DNA from: an uncultured delta proteobacterium
GTDB taxonomy: Bacteria; Desulfobacterota; Desulfobacteria; Desulfobacterales; Desulfatirhabdiaceae
Length of the DNA stretch: 64,000 bases
Direction: 5' to 3'
Assembly (NCBI GenBank): GCA_963789395.1
Contig: CAWBKP010000024.1
Location: 128,001 to 192,000 of the forward strand
This document shows, in pieces, positions 60,363 through 64,000 of the stretch. Every line of letters begins with the position of its first letter. Position 1 is the stretch's first letter. A model generated the notes under the pieces. That model did not search any database. It had not been told where the DNA came from and saw nothing but the letters and a program-made list of their open reading frames with translations. Both the position numbers and the translations under genes were made by a program.

Positions 60363-60596
60363 TAAACAAAGCTCCTCTCTATAGATTTGTCCATCAAGAC
60401 GGTTGATTCACGAGCATTACCTTTAAAATTTCTATATGGTTGGCTGAAAAAAATCAAGTAAAAACAAGGCCGTTATTTATTGGACAATTTTGGCTTTTGA
60501 TTCACATGAAAAAAAGATTCGCATGGCAACGGTTTTTTGATAAAAATGGCATTTGGGATTTCGAATAAAAACACTGCAAGAAAATCAATACCCGTA

Positions 60597-61613
60597 TTAA
60601 GCAGTGTCGGAATGGAAAATATCAAAAATCGCATTCACCTGTTTGCAAAGCAGGGTAAACTGATCGGGATAGAGTGACTGGGCACCATCGCTCATGGCTT
60701 TTTCGGGCTCATGGTGGACTTCGACCATCAGGCCATGGGCCTCGGCAGCCACTGCCGCCCGGCTGAGGGGAATCACCTGGTCTCTGCGGCCGGCAGCATG
60801 GCTGGGATCGGCAATGATGGGCAGATGGCTCAGTTTTCGAACAACCGGTATGGAAGACAGGTCAAGCGTGTTGCGACTGTGGTTGGCAAACGTGCGGACC
60901 CCTCTTTCACAAAAAATCACCTGTGAATTGCCGCCTTCCAGAATGTATTCGGCAGCCATCAGCCATTCTTCGATGGTCGCCGACATTCCCCGCTTCAGCA
61001 GTACCGGCTTTGATGCCCGCCCGGCCCGCTTGAGCAGACTGAAATTCTGCATGTTCCGGGTGCCGATCTGAATGATATCCGAATAGGCTTCAACCAGATC
61101 GAATGTGTCTTCATCCATGACTTCGGTAACAACGGGCATGCCGGTGGTTTCGCGCACTTTTGCCAGAATTTCAAGTCCTTCTTTGCCAAGCCCCTGAAAA
61201 GAATAGGGAGAGGTGCGGGGCTTGAAAGCACCGCCACGAAAGATATGGGCCCCGGATGCCTTGACGTGTCTGGCAATGGTCAATGCCTGGTTTTCACTTT
61301 CTATGGCGCAGGGACCAGCCATAATGACAAGATGACCCTTGCCGATGGCGATATCGCCAACTTGAACGATGGTATCCTCCGGCTTGCTTTCCCTGCTGAC
61401 AAGTTTATAGGGTTTGGTGACGGGAATAGCGTCCGAGACACCGGGCATGCCCAGGAACAGGGAGGCGTCCACGGGTCCCTTGTTATGCAGTATGCCGATG
61501 GTGATCCGTTCGCCGCCGGGAATGGGGCGGGCAACGTAGCCGCGCTTTTCGATAGCCGTCACGACGGCTTCAGTTTGTTCTACGGTTGCCTGTTTACTCA
61601 TAACGATTAACAT
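60597..61613 (-). CDS. aroF: DAHP synthase type I-beta with N-terminal regulatory domain
   Basis: AGPCAIE, GGAFKPRTSPYSFQGLG, LLKRG, CERG, DPSH. Confidence 0.93.
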   Translation of the reverse strand: MLIVMSKQATVEQTEAVVTAIEKRGYVARPIPGGERITIGILHNKGPVDASLFLGMPGVSDAIPVTKPYKLVSRESKPEDTIVQVGDIAIGKGHLVIMAGPCAIESENQALTIARHVKASGAHIFRGGAFKPRTSPYSFQGLGKEGLEILAKVRETTGMPVVTEVMDEDTFDLVEAYSDIIQIGTRNMQNFSLLKRAGRASKPVLLKRGMSATIEEWLMAAEYILEGGNSQVIFCERGVRTFANHSRNTLDLSSIPVVRKLSHLPIIADPSHAAGRRDQVIPLSRAAVAAEAHGLMVEVHHEPEKAMSDGAQSLYPDQFTLLCKQVNAIFDIFHSDTA

Positions 61614-61677
61614 CTGCTTTCTCCTTTGGGTCGAACTGTTGTTTGAATGGATTAAAATATGCCTTATGGAAAATATC

Positions 61678-61758
61678 AAAAAAAATGGGGCTGTGAAATT
61701 TCACAGCCCCTTAAAAATGAAAAAGGACCGTGAGCATCTGGGTGCCCGGGTCCTTTTG
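61678..61758 (-). terminator. Tandem hairpins upstream of aroF (attenuator candidate)
   Basis: AAAAGGACC..GGTCCTTTT, then GGGGCTGTGAAATTTCACAGCCCC followed by ATTTTTTTT. Confidence 0.75.
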
Positions 61759-61780
61759 ATGGTTATATTATGTCAATGGG

Positions 61781-61876
61781 TTACAAGAGCCTCAGGGAAC
61801 ACCCCTTTGTATGGATATGAAGCCGCCAGCGCCATAAAAAAGCATTGATGCATGAAGGTTTGTTCATCTGAGTCAT
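61781..61876 (-). CDS. Putative aromatic-amino-acid leader peptide, 31 aa
   Basis: MTQMNKPSCINAFLWRWRLHIHTKGCSLRLL*, with GGAAAG upstream, lying between a TTGACA box and the hairpins. Confidence 0.6.
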   Translation of the reverse strand: MTQMNKPSCINAFLWRWRLHIHTKGCSLRLL

Positions 61877-61983
61877 ATCTTTCCACATACCTGAAATGAG
61901 TAGATGCTGTCAAGAATTATGTCACGGGTGGAAAATGTGAATTGACATCTTTCCGAGACAACCTTTTGATATTATCCATTTCA

Positions 61984-64000
61984 TCATGCATCTATTTCCA
62001 TCCATACGGGCGCTTTCAGGATCAGATCGATTGCTTTTGACGCGGTTTCTGCGGCATCCGGAAAGGTTTTTGCCAGACTCATGACATGCCGCAGATGATC
62101 GGCGGTGCGAAGCATCAGCATGACAAGATCGCCTTCCGCGCCTTCGGAAAGTTCAACCACTTCCTCCCAGGGCATTCCCGCGGCCCAGGCGTAGACCGTC
62201 ATCGCCGGTCTCAGGTAGAGGGGTCTGACATCAAAATCATGGTCATACAGATCCCGCATCAGGGGTTTCAGGGCTGTGTTGACGGCGATGAAGGCGTCAA
62301 AGAGCGATTTCGGGACAGAGCGCCGATCAATGCGGTCATCCATTTCCCGGTCCGACACAAAGAGAGACAGAATGGCCGCCATCAGGGCCGGGTCTGTTTG
62401 CGGAAAAATGTCTTTTCGAAATCCTTCGGCGATTAGAAGCGGCTGATCCACGCGGAGTTGTGAGGCCCATCGGCCGTCCTGTGTCAGGGTGCCACCCTGG
62501 GTGACAAATCCTGTCAGTTTCAGAAAGCTCAGGTGCCGGTTGAACGCATGAATCAGTACCTTGTGCCGGGTTCCTGAAAGTGCTCTGGCTTCGGTTCTTT
62601 TGCCGCCGGAACGCATCAATAGAAAGGTGGCGAAGGATCGCGTCAGAAGATCTTCAATCTGGTCCGGAGCATGGGACAGGAGAAGGTTTAAGACCATCGA
62701 AAAATTGATCCGTATCTGACTTTTGACATCCGATGGGGTTGCGGTAAACAACTGCGCGCAAAGCGTGGTGTCCAGATATTTTCCCGGTATGGCGATGGCG
62801 AAACCGATGTGATCCTTTCCCCGGCGTCCGGCTCTGCCGGTCATCTGGTGAAATTCCGTGGGGCTGAGCGGCATGAACTCCCGACCGTTAAAGCGATCGG
62901 TGTTCAGGAACACGACGGTTCTGGCCGGAAAATTAACGCCTGCCGCAACCGTTGATGTGGCGAATACCGCCTGAAGTAATCCTTCTGTCATCAGGGTTTC
63001 TATGACTTGTTTCCAGGCCGGAAGCTGTCCACTGTGGTGTGCGCCCACAGCCTGCTGCTCAAGGTGCCGAAGCTGACGGTGTTTTGCCAGATGCGGATTC
63101 TGGGAAAGAATGACGTCGATGCGCTGGTGAAGAGTCTGCATGTGGAACGGATCATCCACCCAGTGGTTTTTGCACAGATCCAGCGCATGATCGCAGTCGG
63201 CGCGGGATTTCAGGAAAAAGATTGCGGGAAGCAGATTGAATTTATCCAGAATTTTGAGAATTTCACCCATCGGGGGCAACAGGCTGTAAGTGGATGTCAG
63301 CCGCTGCGGTTTCTCGTTAAACAGGTAGTCACGTACTTTTTTAGAAATGCGCCCCTTTCCCCTGGCATCGGTGGCAAGAAGGGGAAGCAGGGTTCCGGAA
63401 GGGTGAAGGAATATGGGATAAAGCGGCACAGGTCTTTTGGTTTCTTCAATGACCGTGCAGTCTTTGGATCGAATGGCCGACAGCCACTCGGCAATTTTCC
63501 CGGCATTGCCGATGGTCGCCGAAAGCAGCAGCAGGGGGATCCGGGACGGCAGGTAGATCATGGTTTCTTCCCAGACCACCCCGCGATCCTCATCCCCTAG
63601 AAAATGGGCTTCATCCAGGACCACAAAATCCGTATCCAGGGTTTCGCCGCGGTGCATGGCGTCATAAAGCTGATTGCGGAGAATTTCTGTTGTGCCGACA
63701 ATTACCGAGGCATCCGGTCGCTCTTTTCGATCCCCTGTAAGAATGCCGACCTGGTCCTGTCCGAAGATATCGGAAAATTCGTGAAATTTAGCGTTTGAAA
63801 GCGCTTTTAGCGGTGTCGCATACCAGCAGCGTCCGCCTTGATTGCGTATTCTGGAAATGGCCTGAACCGCTATCCAGGTTTTCCCGGAACCTGTCGGGGC
63901 GGTTACCAGACAATCGGCCTTTTCAATGGCTTCGAGCGCTTCCAGTTGAAACGGATCAGGTGAAAACGGCCGGTCTTCCGGCACGCCGATGGTTTTAAAC
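61984..64000 (-). CDS. Ski2/HelY-like DEAH-box helicase, 5' end outside window
   Basis: APTGSGKT, TPLKALSN, DEAH, LSAT, HHSG, QMTGRAGRRG; frame open to the window edge. Confidence 0.92.
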   Translation of the reverse strand, partial: FKTIGVPEDRPFSPDPFQLEALEAIEKADCLVTAPTGSGKTWIAVQAISRIRNQGGRCWYATPLKALSNAKFHEFSDIFGQDQVGILTGDRKERPDASVIVGTTEILRNQLYDAMHRGETLDTDFVVLDEAHFLGDEDRGVVWEETMIYLPSRIPLLLLSATIGNAGKIAEWLSAIRSKDCTVIEETKRPVPLYPIFLHPSGTLLPLLATDARGKGRISKKVRDYLFNEKPQRLTSTYSLLPPMGEILKILDKFNLLPAIFFLKSRADCDHALDLCKNHWVDDPFHMQTLHQRIDVILSQNPHLAKHRQLRHLEQQAVGAHHSGQLPAWKQVIETLMTEGLLQAVFATSTVAAGVNFPARTVVFLNTDRFNGREFMPLSPTEFHQMTGRAGRRGKDHIGFAIAIPGKYLDTTLCAQLFTATPSDVKSQIRINFSMVLNLLLSHAPDQIEDLLTRSFATFLLMRSGGKRTEARALSGTRHKVLIHAFNRHLSFLKLTGFVTQGGTLTQDGRWASQLRVDQPLLIAEGFRKDIFPQTDPALMAAILSLFVSDREMDDRIDRRSVPKSLFDAFIAVNTALKPLMRDLYDHDFDVRPLYLRPAMTVYAWAAGMPWEEVVELSEGAEGDLVMLMLRTADHLRHVMSLAKTFPDAAETASKAIDLILKAPVWMEIDA

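Overview
Bacterial chromosomal segment. Gene content (cimA-containing ilv-leu operon, YtfJ, corrinoid and TRAP genes) suggests an anaerobic deltaproteobacterium, probably Desulfobacterales-like; this is an inference. Three zones are visible. (1) 1-3.6 kb: fused glycosyltransferase, two GNAT/AcuA-type acetyltransferases and a PAS histidine kinase. (2) About 3.8-34 kb: an accessory catabolic cluster in two divergent arms. The left arm holds a B12 acyl-CoA mutase with an atypical active site, amidohydrolase, nitroreductase, TRAP transporter, three-component corrinoid methyltransferase, MeaB and GntR. The right arm holds an epimerase, carboxyltransferase, beta-oxidation enzymes, two CoA ligases, ThiF/ThiS, an HcrA-like xanthine-dehydrogenase-family Mo enzyme and a MoeA-like protein. 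(3) 34-64 kb: mostly housekeeping genes (pyrD, ilvD-B-N-C-cimA-leuA, purC, acetate/propionate activation module, SPL-like radical SAM, EF-G paralog, DAHP synthase, Ski2-like helicase), with two leader-peptide attenuators found by reading intergenic DNA. Many genes are broken by single-base indels, heavily concentrated at 9-31.5 kb. These look like long-read errors, so coordinates of split genes are approximate. The best candidate for an undescribed system is the cobalamin/molybdenum catabolic cluster. No rRNA, tRNA or CRISPR array was seen.
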